Source: the human T2T-CHM13v2.0 reference genome, Homo sapiens
Direction: 5' to 3' (one strand)
Assembly: GCF_009914755.1 (NCBI RefSeq)
Contig: NC_060934.1
Length of the DNA: 64,000 nt
Shown here: positions 12,601 to 26,047 of the stretch, piece by piece
How positions within the stretch are numbered: the first letter of the stretch is position 1
How the letters are laid out: each line of letters starts with the position of its first letter
Program-made: the position numbers and the translations under genes
Notes under the pieces: generated by a model
Told to the model about the DNA's origin: nothing
Databases searched by the model: none
The model's input: the letters and a program-made list of their open reading frames with translations, nothing else

Positions 12601-13735
12601 ACATTTATTATAGTTGCAAGAAATACAACTGATATTATTTGAATATCATTTGGAGTGTATACAAAATACTTCAAGGAATCTATAGGGAAATTATTAAATT
12701 TAAGATAGTGTGATGATTAATGTTGAGTGTCAACTTGATTGGATTGAAGGATGCCAAGTATTGTTCCTGGGTGTGTCTGTGAGCGTGTTGCCAGAGGAGA
12801 TTAACATTTGAGTCAGTGGACTGGGAGAGGCAGATCCACCCTCAATCTGGGTGGACACCATCTAATCAGCTGCCAGCGTGGCTGGAATAAAGCCGGCAGG
12901 AGAAGCTCGAAAGAACAGACTTGCTGAGTCTTCTGGGCTTCATCTTTCTCCCATGCTGGATGCTTCGTGCCCTTGAACATCAGACTCCAAGTTCTTCAGC
13001 TTTTGGAGTCTTTGACTCACACCAGTGATCTGTCAGAAGCTCTCAGGCCTTCGGCCACAGACTGAAGGTGCACTGTCGGCTTCCCCACTTTTGAGGTTTT
13101 GGGGCAAACTGGCCTCCTGGCTCTTCAGCTTGCAGACAGCCTGTTGTGGGACTTCACCTTGTGATCATGTGAGTCAATACTCCTTAATGAACTCCCCTTC
13201 ATATATACGTCCATCCTATTTGTCCTGTCCCTCTAGAGAACCTTGACTAATACAGATAGTGTTCAGTAAGGACACTGAATTCAATGTTGTTTTCCGGATA
13301 CTACCAACAACTATTAGAAAATAAAATGAAAAAATCTTTGCCATTTACAATAGTGTTAGATAGATGAAAGGAACAGAATGAAATCCAGGAGTAGACCCAC
13401 ACGTATGTGGACATTTGATTTTAATGGTGGAGCAGGTACAGATTTTTTTTTTCAACAAACAATGCTGAATCCTCTGAATATCCATGTGGGAAAAAGTCAG
13501 CCTTGCCTCACCACATAAACAAATGCCAGCCACACAGTGAGCTTCAACATGAAAGGCAAAAGGAAAAAATTAAAGTTCTATCCATCAAGGACAAGATTTG
13601 CAAGTTAGATTGTGCTGTAATTGAGAACTTCTGGTCATCAAAGGAGACCACTATGAGGGTAAAATGCAAGCCACAGAGGGAGAGAAGGTATTAGCGACAC
13701 AAATTGTGCACATATGGCTCACTGTGGAGAGTCTC
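9695..13735 (+). mobile_element. Old L1M LINE (decayed ORF1 and ORF2 fragments), interrupted by MLT2A2
   Basis: A-rich plus strand. Peptide LKESNYLSRILHAVTIFFKNE (11209) resembles the L1 ORF1 C-terminus. ORF2-like segments at 11560-12700 and 13260-13735. Confidence 0.8.
12709..13254 (+). mobile_element. MLT2A2-type (HERV-L) solo LTR, full length
   Basis: tgtgatgattaatgttgagtgtcaacttgattggattg...ctagagaaccttgactaataca; 546 bp. Perfect 5-bp TSD gatag at 12704-12708 and 13255-13259. Confidence 0.93.
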
Positions 13736-14475
13736 TATTGAAAGAGAGAGATGCTAAAATCTCAGTCCAGCTATGGTGATTGTTGCCATTTTTTTTTTTT
13801 TTTTTTTTGGTGTTCTGCTATCAAAATCCACCATGATCTATAGACAGGCTCAGATGCGACATCCCGAGTCTGCACCCTAGCTTTCCCTGTGCACCTTGCT
13901 AAGTTTGTGAGCAGGGCGCAGCTCCCTCGATTAGGTGCATGCAGACCCACCGCTGGAGTGGAGCTCTCCTAGGTGATGGTGGCGCCTCCTGGGACCTCCT
14001 CTGTCCCCCTTTCTTTGAACACCTTCAATGCAATGCATGAGGAATGAAACCGCTGTTTGTTTGTAGAGGTGAGATGCCCACGAGTTTCCCCAGATACCAG
14101 CCAGTTGTCATGCCAACCCTTGTCTTTTATGGGTGATTGAGCTAACCTTTGCCCTCAGTCCTTCAGCTTGGTGAGGGGCACTCAGCTCCATTTCTTTGCC
14201 CAATTACAGAGGACGTCCACATAAGTCTTACTGAGGATGCACCTGGCAGCGTGGTGGGTGCCCCCTGGCTTGGCAGAGGGCCTCGTGGGAGCCAGCCATC
14301 CATGTGAGATGGCGTGAGTGCTGTCACCCACATGTGCCTGCTTCAGAGGGTCTGTTTCTTGTTTTGAGAGCCCTTCTGGATCCCCACGGGTCTGACGTCC
14401 TATGGCATCCTGATGGTGTCTCTCAAACACACCTGGGCTGTGACCCCTTCAAGCTGGTCTTTGGCCCCAGCTCAG

Positions 14476-14649
14476 GTGCCAGATCCTGGAACTCTGTGAA
14501 GGTTTAAGATTGACGAGTGGAACCCCAGAGGGAACAATGAAGGAATTACCTGTGTCAAGCCCATGAACAGCTTGCCTGTCCCCTGTTTTGTGAGATCCAG
14601 AGATGGCATTCAAGAGGAGCACAAGTGCACGGAACAGATCCTCAAAAAG
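14476..14649 (+). ncRNA. Candidate non-coding exon (acceptor uncertain)
   Basis: Consensus donor AAG|GTAAGT at 14649/14650. Possible acceptors at 14470 or 14475. No convincing coding frame. Confidence 0.3.
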
Positions 14650-15002
14650 GTAAGTGAAGGCTCGGGCTCCGGGAGGAGGTGCCGCCTTAGCATTGGGCTC
14701 TGCGACTGGACTGGGAAGCACAGGCAGCAGCTTGTAAACCCTATTTGATGGCAGTGATGATTGGATTTGAATTCACATGAGTTGGGTTGGAAACATGCAA
14801 CCTAAAGCTTAAGAGGCAAATGGGACTTCATGAATTTAATGATGCTTCAGCTCTTCTGTTTTTTCCTGCTTTTGGTTTCATCAACCCCTCTCCACTGTCA
14901 CGTGAATGACTGTGCTGGTCACAAGTGCCCTTCAGAGCAGCTCCTGGAAGCCTGTTTGTGGGGAGGGTAACAGGTTCTAGGTAATTTCCATTTTTTCCTT
15001 AG

Positions 15003-15112
15003 GTCCTGTTATTCTTACAGGGTATCCCTGAAGGTGTCAAGCCTCAGTGCAAATCCCTCTCGTTTCTACGAAAAGCGTTCTGTAAACATGTGAAATACAT
15101 GTATTATTATAG
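15003..15112 (+). ncRNA. Candidate non-coding exon, 110 nt
   Basis: Strong acceptor tttccattttttccttag|G and donor TAG|GTAAGG. Confidence 0.35.
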
Positions 15113-17475
15113 GTAAGGTGATCTTGCATCTTATTCTATACTTAAAGTATGGTGCCAGTTACAGGGAAAACTCCCACATCAATCACTGAAAGGGAAGAAG
15201 GAAACAAAATGAATCCTGTTTTTTCTTTCCAGTGGAAGTCCCATTTCTTTGGTCCCTGCCTCTTCTCCCTTGCCAAGCCATCTCTCAAGTCATCAGAAAC
15301 TTCTGGATAAGAAGTGTCTGTGGCATCAAGTGAGCTGGGTCCCTCATCCTGGGGACCCCAGGTGTAGGATGCTGGCACAGGAGGCGATGCTGCCTATCCA
15401 TGGGCCTCATGCCTGCCCACCGGGCTCCATTTGCACACCTCTGCAGGTGTACCAGGTGCACCTGGCTCCCTGACAGAAAGACAGTGGTCCCCATAAACAG
15501 CAGAGTCGCAGGCACAGGGACTCGGCAAAGGGAAGAAGCTGAGAGCTTCAGAGAGGCAGGTGGGGATTTGCACCTGCTGGTCTGGAAGACTGATCTGGGG
15601 GCACAGCCTAGTCTGGGCTTCCTCTCCGTCACCTCCTGGGTGAGGGACTGGGCACAGGCTGGCTCAGACCCCATCCAGCTCTGACATTCTGGGGTTCTAC
15701 CTGCACAACATAGGTGTCTCTGTGGCCAGAATGTCTGCACTGGGCCCCAAAGTCAGCTGCCCATAGGTGTTCTCAAAAGGGGCTTTGAAATATCTCCCCA
15801 TGATCAGATGCTGGTAAGCACAGGGGAACTTGCATTGCAAGGAGCCTTTTTGTTTTCACTCAGTCCATCCCTAATGCTCACAAGCTTTCCTGAGCTCACA
15901 GTAGGTCAGCCCACCTTGAGTCAAAGATGACTCCATTTCCAGGTTGTCTGTGGATAGGATGTCCTGGCTAGGCTGACATGTGTGGCATGGCCTGTGGCAG
16001 AGCCCTTGCCTTCAGCATCATTTCCAGTAGTGGGAATGACTCCCCATCTTCTTCCCTATCTTCTCTGACATTCTATCACCTTATCTGAAAAAGAGTTATT
16101 AAGTTTCTACTAAGATTAATGTGCTAGAAGTTTGGAAAAATCCAGAACCACTGGTAGAAGTGAGGCCATCCTCTTAGGATGGTGACATCACTTATACTTG
16201 TCATCTTGAGCATTTATCAGTATTCACTTCTTCCTGACGGCCCAGAGCAGCAGGAAATAAAATGATTTTGTATATAATGTAGGTCAGTTTTATGAAATGT
16301 TAATTAAACCTCCATAAAGCTATTAAAAAATAAGCATCTGACAGGATTAAAACCAAACATATCAGTTTTGTCAATACAGATAAATGGGTTTAATTCATTG
16401 CATAAAAGAAAATGCTTTCCAATTCACTTCAGAAAGAAAGTCCCACATGTATGCTGTATGCGAGAGACTCATCTAGCGTAAAATTATTTGAGAATGATGG
16501 AAATAAAGAAATTTACAAAGATGTACTATACAATTGGAGACAGGAAAATCAGGGTAGCAATACTTGCTTCAGACCTAGTAGAGTTCCAAATGCAAAGATT
16601 TTGGAAATAACAAAGCATTTAGAAATAGACAAAAAAATTGCAAATAACAAAGGACACATTTTACTGCTGAAAGCCATAATTTATAACAAAGTGATAATAA
16701 TTATGAATATTTATTTACCAAATAACAAGTAACTTGAAAAGGCAGAATTTAGAAGAGATGCAAGGAATCCTAAATAGGACAGGAAGACTTTAAGACATCA
16801 CTCTCTGTACAAGACAGACAAAGGTACAAACAATAAATCAGAATATAGAAGACCTAAAAAATACAAGCCTCAAGGTAGATTTTTGTATGTATCGTATTCT
16901 ACACCCTGATAATTGTCAACGTGTATTTACATACAACACACATGAAACATTAATAAGGGCTGATCACATATTAGGTCACAAAGAAAACAGTAAGATTCAT
17001 GGAGTAAGAATTCTATAAACAACACTCTCTGATTAAAATGCAATACAAGTAGAAAATATTAACCAAAATTAAAATGGTCCTTTCATTAGAAAATTTAAAA
17101 TCCTATTACACTTGAATGAAAGAGGAATACAAACCAAAATTAAAGAATTCATAAACAATAGAATGAAAACACTGCATATTAGAATTTATAGTATATATTC
17201 AGAAAGAGGAAAACGTATAGCCTTAATTTTTTATAAACAAAAGTGAAAGAAAAGAAATGAGTTAATTTTCCTTTTCAAAGAGCTAGAAAAAAATCACCAA
17301 GCAAACCAAAAGACATCACTAGGAAGGAAACATTAAAATATTAAAGATAAAAACAAAAAATAAGCAAGCAGAGTCTAATGCTGTGGCTGTAGGTTTTTTC
17401 TTACTGCAAGGTCATTTAATATTAGGGAAACCATTAATACAGTGCAGTCTATGTTAATCTAAAAAGAAAACGCAT

Positions 17476-17797
<322 letters not shown>

Positions 17798-18491
17798 CTA
17801 CATGCTGAAAAAGTCTCTATCAAAATGCAACAACCAGTCCTGATGGAAATATTCATGAAAATAATAATTGGTGGATATTTTATCAACATGAAAATATACA
17901 TGTACAATGCTTCTACGACCAGTGTCTTACAAAATGGGGAAACATTTTTCAAAAGGATCAGGAACAAGTCAAAGATACATATCATCTCTACTGCTCTCCC
18001 ACGTCGGGCTGGAGGTGGAGGTACGATTGTTGCTCTTAAACACACACAAATATTTCAATCTTATGAGATGAAGGCAAATTGAAACTACACCGAAATGACA
18101 TTTCTCACTTAACTGATCTGCAAACATTTTTGAATAAATGTCTCCCACTCTGTTGGTGAGGCTGTGTAGGAACAGGCACACTCATACATTGCTGATGGGA
18201 ATGAGAATTGTTATAACCCCTTATGGAAGGGAACTTAGCAAGAGCTAGAAAAATGACATTTGCATTCTCCTTTTGGTTTATAAATTTTAATTCCAGAAAT
18301 TTACTCATTTTAGATGATGTCCTTCTATAAAATAAAAAAATCTAGTTTACAAAGTAATTATTGCAGCATTGTTTGTAATTACAAAACATTGAAACAACCT
18401 GAATGGCCATTCACAGGAGAGCAGCCGAACATCCCTGACACATCCAGCCCATGAAGTATTTCTCATGTGGCTTTAACAAGTAATGAGGAAG

Positions 18492-18806
18492 GGTAGGGCG
18501 TGGTGGCTCACACCTGTAATCCCAGCACTTTGGGAGGCTGAGTTGGGGAGATCACTTGAGGTCAGGAGTTTGAGACCAGCCTGGCCAACATGGTGAAACC
18601 CCATCTCTACTAAAAATGCAAAAATTTAGCCAGGTGTGGTGGGACGTGCCTGTAATCCCAGCTACCCAGGAAGCTGAGGCAGGAGAATCTCAGGAACCTG
18701 GGAGGTGGAGGCTGCAGTGAGCTGAGATTGCGCCACTGCACTCCAGCCTGGGCGACAGAGCAAGATTCTGTCTCAAACAAACAAACAAACAAACAAACAA
18801 AAAAAC
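18492..18806 (+). mobile_element. AluS SINE with TSD
   Basis: Full Alu with an (aaac)n tail. TSD taatgaggaag at 18481-18491 and 18807-18817. Confidence 0.96.
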
Positions 18807-19331
18807 TAATGAGGAAGACTTCTAGGAAGAATAAGGAGTGATTCATGAGGACATATTATTATGTAGAAAAAAGTAAGCAAAGTGCAGAAGAATGCAGTAT
18901 GCTATTTTTTTGTGTAAGAAAAAAGGGAACTAAAAATTTGCATCCATTTGTTCATTTATGAAAAAACAGAAAACCCAATTATTCACACGCAAAGAAGGAT
19001 AAACCAGAGACCCATACAATAAAATTGGTGCCGACTTGGGGTGGGTGGGATTGAGTCGAAAGAAAAAAAATAGAAAAAATGGGGGGTAGGTGGTGACACT
19101 TCTTGTCATCAGTCCTATTGTGCAGTCTGACTTCTGGAACCATGTCAATATTTTACTTACTCCAAAAAGAAAATCAATGAAATCAACAAGAATGGGTGTG
19201 TAAACAATCTACGATTGTTTACAAAAAGAAAATAAATGAAGTGACTTGTTTTCCAAAATGAGTAAGATGACCATACCGAAGTGGGGTGGGAGGCGGTGGA
19301 GAACTAACCCAAATAACCGCTGAACATAGAA

Positions 19332-19670
19332 CAATTGTCTCAGTGTTTATGGGTGATTGGTTCCAGGAGCCCTCACGGATACCAAAATCCATGGATGCTT
19401 GTGTCCCTTATGTTAAATGGCACAGAACTTGCATATAACCTATGCACATCCTCCCATATACTTTAAATAATCTCTAGATTATGTATAATCCATAATATAA
19501 GGTAAGTGCTATGTAAATGGCTGTTGTACTGTATTGTTTAGGGAATAATGACAACAAAGTATCTGTACATGTTCAATGCTAACACAATTATCCATTTTTT
19601 CCCAGATATTTTTGGTCTGTGGCTGGTTGAATCCGTGGATGTAGAATCCATGGATATGAAGGGCCGACTG
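19332..19670 (+). mobile_element. MER2 (TcMar-Tigger) non-autonomous DNA transposon
   Basis: gattggttccagga...ggataccaaaatccatggatgct...gggccgactg followed by ta; about 340 bp. Confidence 0.88.
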
Positions 19671-20134
19671 TATTTGGATTCTATGTCCTCAGGCTAAAGA
19701 TAAAAATAACTCTAAACAAACTTCCAGCTTTAGTTAAGGGGCTTTTTTTTTTTTTTTATCACAGAGGCATGGGTTAGCAATTCTGAAACTATTTTTTTTG
19801 TTAGGGACAAGCAAATCAGTAAACATGTTGTAGGAGATGGCAGCAGAAGGAGCTACGATTATGGAAAGAAGAGAGGATGAGAGGAACCCTGTGATACTGG
19901 ATAGCAATTGGAGAGATCAGGTGAAAGCCGAGATGATTTTTGGGTGGTGAAGCTGTTATCTGCCCTTTGCGATTTGTGGCTGATGTATTGCACAACGTTT
20001 TGCTGGATGACAGGGGAGGTGACCCGATCCTGATGCACATTTCAACAGGGTCAAGGCACTGGCTTGTGGTGTCCATGGCTTCGGCCACGTTGATAGCCAC
20101 TGAGTGTTTTTGTAAGGATGCAAATGTAGGAGGC

Positions 20135-20335
20135 GGCTCCCAGAGTTCAAGTCCTAGCTGCCCCCCTTGTTACTGCTGAGAACATTCACACTTCCGTGCC
20201 TTGGTTTTTCTGTTAGTCTTCTGGGTACCTACCTAGCAAATTGTGAGGATACATGATTTAACATGTGTGAAGCTCTTAGTGTGGTGTCTTAGTGTGGTGT
20301 CTGGCCCAGGGTGAAGTTCTTTATCCATTAGCTCT
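20135..20335 (+). mobile_element. MIR SINE
   Basis: gagttcaagtcctagct...gtacctacctagc...ttgtgaggatacatga...tgtgtgaagctcttag...gtctggc. Confidence 0.65.
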
Positions 20336-20935
20336 TCTTAGTGTTTTTACTTTTGTTGAAAATCTGTATGGCTTAATAATTCAATCACAAAAATAAGTGC
20401 TTGGGTTGCTTGGTGGGAAACTAGCCTTGGAACTGCTGGGGATACTTTGGGTTGGCTTTCCTTTACCCGCTGCTGCCTCTTGGAACTTAACTGGGCCCCT
20501 TTTTAGGATTCTAGGAAAACTCATCAGAGATGCTTGCAGAAGTCTGAAATCCCATCTGGACTTGATTGTCTTTTTGAAGGGCAAAACCCTATTTTTCTTG
20601 GAGGCGTCAATCTCTCAAAATGCTAGATGAGAAGCCTAGTAACAGTCTGAGACCCACACCTGGAAGCCAACAAGTGAATTATGGTGGTGTGTTCGGGTTG
20701 TATCCCAGAGATGGTGGTGGGCTAAGAAGGGTCAGTGGTGGCAGCCCACCTGGGGTGTGGAGAGTGAGGCTGGGTTTTGAGGTGTGGAGGAAACTGAGGA
20801 CCCGGCCACAGCACCCCGCGGTTGCTTTCTGCTGTTCACCTCGGCACAGAGCCTGCGGTCCTGGCTTAAGACACAGAAACACCCCACCCCGCTCTCCTGA
20901 CAAGCGCCACAGGCACATTAAAATAGCAGTAAATA

Positions 20936-21290
<355 letters not shown>

Positions 21291-21541
21291 TTAGGGAAAT
21301 ATCCCCACAGCCCACCACTCAGATCCAAGCACTGCCCGCATATTTGAATGTTTCCGTTTTTTTTTTCTACATAATGCTTTTTTACTTTTTCTTACAAAAA
21401 AATAACCAAACTGTTTTTTTGACTTAAAAACTTTAATTTCAAATGCAGGGATACAAGTGCAGGTTTATTACATAGGTAAACTTGTATTATGGGGATATGT
21501 TGTATAGATTATTTCATCATGCAGGTATTAAGCTCAGCACC

Positions 21542-22006
21542 TGTATTAGTCCCTTCTCACACTGCTATAAAGAACTACCTGAGACTGGGTAATTTATGAA
21601 GAAAAGAGGTTTAATTGACTCACTGTTCCACAGGCTGTACAGGAAGCACGGCTGGGAGGCCTCAGGAGACTTACAATCATGGGAGAAGGTGAAGGGAAGG
21701 CTGGGAAGCTTCAGGAGACTTACAATCATGGCAGAAGGTGAAGGGAAGCCTGGGAGGCCTCAGGAGACTTACAGTCATGGCAGACAGCAAAGGGAAACTG
21801 AGCACCTTCTTCACATGGCAGAGTGGGAGAGAGAGCAACCCACTTTTAAACAACCGGATCTCATGAGAACTCACTCACTGTCATGAGAACAGCAAGGGGG
21901 AAATCCATCTTATGATCTAAACACCTCCCACCAGGTCCCTCCCCTGACATTGGGAATTACAACTCAACATGAGATTTGGGTGGGGACACAGAGCCAAACT
22001 ATATCA
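21542..22006 (-). mobile_element. THE1D-type MaLR solo LTR with an internal 49-bp triplication (21650-21796)
   Basis: tgtattagtcc...gagccaaactatatca. Degenerate TSD gcacc/atacc. Confidence 0.9.
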
Positions 22007-22460
22007 ATACCCATTAGTTATTTTTCCTGATGATCTTCTTCCTCCTTCCACATTTCACCCTCCAAAAGGCCCCACTGTGTGTTTTTCCCCAATATGGGTC
22101 CGTGTGTTCTCATCATTTAGCTCCCACTTATAAGTGAGAACATGTGGTATTTGGTTTTCTGTTCCTGTGTTAGTTTGCTGAGGATAATGGCCTCCAGCTC
22201 CAACCATGTCCCTGCAAAAGACATGGTCTCATTCTTTTTATGGCTTCATAGTATTCCATGGTGTATATATACCACATTTTCTTAATCCAGTCTATCACTG
22301 AGGGGCATTTAGGTTGAATTCATGTCTTTGCTATTGTGAATAGTGCTGCAATGAACATATGCATGCATTTGTCTTTATGATAGAATGATTTATATTCCTT
22401 TGGTTATATACCCAGTAATGGGATTGCTGGGTTGAATGGTGTTTTTGTCTTTAGGTCTTT

Positions 22461-22778
22461 TTTGTTTTGTTTTGTTTTGTGTTTGTTTTTGTTTTTGAGG
22501 TGGAGTCTCGCTCTGTTTCCCAGGCTGGAGGGCAGTGGCGTGACCTCGATTCACTGCAACCTCCACCTCCCAGGCTCAAGTGATTCTCTTGCCTCAGCCT
22601 CCCGAGTACCTGAGATTACATGCATGTGCCACAATGCCCAACTAATTTTTGTATTTCTAGTAGATACAGGGTTTCACCATGTTGGCCAGGCTGGTATCGA
22701 ATGCCTGACTTCAAGTGATCTGCCTGCCTTGTCCTCCCAAAGTGCTGGGATTATAGGTATTCACCACTGCACCCTGAC
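22461..22778 (-). mobile_element. AluS SINE with TSD
   Basis: TSD tgtctttag(g/a)tcttt at 22446-22460 and 22779-22793. Confidence 0.95.
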
Positions 22779-25187
22779 TGTCTTTAGATCTTTGAGGAAT
22801 AACCACACTGTTTTCCACAATGGCCGAACTAATTTACACTCCCATCAACAGTGTATAAGCATTCCCTCCACAACCTCACGAGCATCTGAAAATATTCCTA
22901 TTATTATCTCATAGCATTTTATCATAAGCACTTTACAATGCTATTGAACAGTTTACAGGATGTTTATTTTAAAAATAATACTATTTTCACAAGCATCACT
23001 TTGACATCTTTATTGAGGTATAATTGATATATGTTAAACTCACATATTAAAAGTGTGCAATTTGATAAGTTTTGACACGTGTATGCACCTGTGAAGCCAT
23101 TACCACAATTGAGTGAATGACATTTCCCTCATTCTCAAAGCTCCCTCAGGCCCCTTTGAAATCCTCCCCACCATCTCCCCAGCCTCCTCTTGCTCCCCCA
23201 AAAAAACTTGCATACTCCGGGTCATTATATATTAATTTGTATTTTCTAGAGTGTCATACAAATGGAACTAGAGAGTACACACTCTTTTTTGTCTGGCTTT
23301 TTTACTCAGGATAATGATTTGGAGATTCATTCATGCTGCTGAGTGTATCTATAGTTAATTCCTTTTTGTTGCTGAGTAATATTCTATGGAATTGATTCAC
23401 CGTGGTTTATTTACTCACTCGGCAACTGAGGGACATCCAGCTTGTTTCCAGTTTTGGGCTATTGCAGATAAAGCAGCTATGAACATTTAGGTACAAGTAT
23501 TTATGAGGACATTTCCTGTAAAAAAAAAAAAAACCCACAGGAAATACCCTTATTTCTTATGAGAAATACCTATGAGTGGAATGACTGAATCCTATAATGG
23601 GTGATGTTTCACCTTCTAAGAAACTGCCAAACTGTTTTCCAAAATGGTTGCACCATCTTATGTTCTCATCAGCAGTGTAGGAGAGTTCCAAGCTCCCCAG
23701 AGCCTCTCCAGGGCTTGGCATGGTCAGTCTCAATTTTAGCCATCCAAGTAGGTGCAGAATGGTTCTCACTGTGGCTTTATATTTAATGTGGTCACATATT
23801 TAATGACTAATGATATTGAGCATGTTTTCATGTGCTAATTTGCCATCTGGAAATGTCCTGTGGTGAAGTATCTGTGTATCTTTTGCTCAGTTTTCCCCCT
23901 TACTTTTTTGTCATTGTTGAGTTTTGAGAGTTCTTTATATATTCTGGATATGAGTACTGGTTTTAGATGTATGCTTTGCAATGATTTTCTCCCAGCTGTG
24001 CCTTGTCTTTCATTTTCTTAACAGTGTCTATTGAAGAGCAGAAGTTTTAGATTTTGATGAGGTCCCACTTACTAATTTATTATTTTATAGATTGTGCTTA
24101 GATGGTCATATTAAAAATATTTGCCTAATCAAAGGTCACAAAGATTTTATGTTATGTTTTCTTTTGAAGTTTTATAATTTTAGGTTATATATTTAGGTCT
24201 ATTATCTAGTTTGAATTAATTTCTGTATATGATATAAGGCATGGTTGATTTTTTTTTGCATAGAGATAGGTAGTTGTTCTAGAAATATTTGTTGAAAAGA
24301 CTCATCATTTTCTACTTAATTGCTTTTGTATATTTGTCGAAACTCAGTTGTCCATATATATGTATTTCTGGAGTCTATTTTGTTCAACTGACCTGTCCTT
24401 ATGCCAGTATCACACTGTTTTGATTATTGTAGCTTCATAAGGTCTTGAAATCAGGTAGTGATAATCCTCCAATTTTGTTCTTTTCCTTAGCTCTTCTTGT
24501 TGTTCTAGGTTCTTTCCATTTCCATATGGATTTAAAAACCAGTTTGTCAATTTCTGCAAATAAGCCTATTGGGATTTTTTAAAAAATTATGTTGCATCTA
24601 TGAATCAATTGGGGGATGAGTGGTGGCTAACCATGTTGTTTTCTAACCCATATGATGAGGCACATCTCTTAATTTATTTGGGCATTTAAAAAATTTCTCT
24701 CAGAACTGTTTTGTGGTTTTCAGTGTGCAGATCTCTCACATCTTTTGTCAGATTTATGTCACATTTTTTATGCTATTGCAAATGTATTATTATTTTTGAA
24801 TTTCAATTTTCTGTTGTTTGTGGCTAGTGTATAGAAGTGCATTTGAATTTTTATGATTTTGTATCCAACAATCTTGTTAAACTCACGTTAGTTGTAGTAG
24901 CCTTTGTAGATTATAATATCTTTTCAATTAATAGAACCCTTTATCATTATGAAGTGTCCTTTATCTCTGGCAATAGAATCTGCTCTGAAATTTACTTCAT
25001 GCAATATTAGTGTAGCCACTCCATCTGTTTTGACTGATGCTAATGTGATACATCTTTTTTCACTCCTTTACTTTTAATTTATGTCTTTATATTTAAGTAT
25101 GTTTCTTCCCCTCATCTTCTAGTTGGATCTTGCTTTTTAAAATCCAATTTGTCAAAAGCTGCTTTTTGCTGTTTAGATTATATTTAC

Positions 25188-25543
25188 TATATTAGTTCAT
25201 TTTCACACTGCTATAGAGAACGGCCCAAGAGTGGGTAACTTATAAAGAAAAAAGGTTTAATTGACTCACAGTTCTGCATGGCTGGGGAGGCCTCAGGAAA
25301 CTTACAATCATGGTGGAAGTAGAAGGGGAAGCAAAGACCTTTTTCACATGGTGGGAGGAGACAGAAGTGCTAGCAGGTGAAATGCCAGATGCTTATAAAA
25401 CCATCAGATCTTGTGAGAACTCCCTCACTATCACGAGAACAGCATGGAGGAAACTGCCCCCATGATCCAATCATCTCCCTCAACATGTGGGAATTAAAAT
25501 TCAAGACGAGATTTGGGTAGGGACACAGAGCCAAACCATATCA
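25188..25543 (-). mobile_element. THE1C-like MaLR solo LTR
   Basis: ggtttaattgactcacagttctgcatggctggggaggcctcaggaaacttacaatcatgg...gagccaaaccatatca. Confidence 0.9.
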
Positions 25544-26047
25544 ATATATTTAATGTGTTTATTGATGTGGTTAGATTTAAGACTATCTTCTTGCTATTTG
25601 TATTGTCTGTCTTTTGTTCTCCTTTTTTCCCCATTTTGTTTGAATTGTGTGTTTTTTTAAGTTCCATCGTATACCTTTTGTTGGATCATTAACTGTAATG
25701 CTTTGTTTTGTTGTGTTAGTGGTTGCTTTAGGGTTTATAGTATATACTTCATTAATGAATCCCTGTCTTCAAGTGTTATTACACCACTTCACAGAGAGTG
25801 TAAGCACCTACAATTATATACTTCCATTTCTTCCTGCCTGCCTTTATGCTATTTTGCCATACATTTTATTGTTATACATGGTATAAACAGTTAAAACAGT
25901 TGTCTTTTAAAGAGATTTAAATAACAACAAACACATATACTTACTCTGGTAGTTACCATTTCCAGAGCTTTTTATTCTTTTCTGTGGATCTGTATTCGTC
26001 TGCTATCATTTTTCTTCTGCCTGAAGGACTTCTTTCAGAATTTCTAG

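Larger units (their letters stand above)
21415..22890 (-). mobile_element. L1PA13-16-type 3' end, interrupted by THE1D and an Alu
   Basis: gtgcaggtttattacataggtaaacttgt..., catttagctcccacttataagtgagaacatg, and tcttt gaggaataaccacactgttttccacaatgg. Confidence 0.85.

Noticed and set aside
13789-13808. T20 tract as the tail of a minus-strand processed pseudogene
   Set aside because: There is no adjacent poly(A) signal, no TSD and no recognisable coding sequence beside it.
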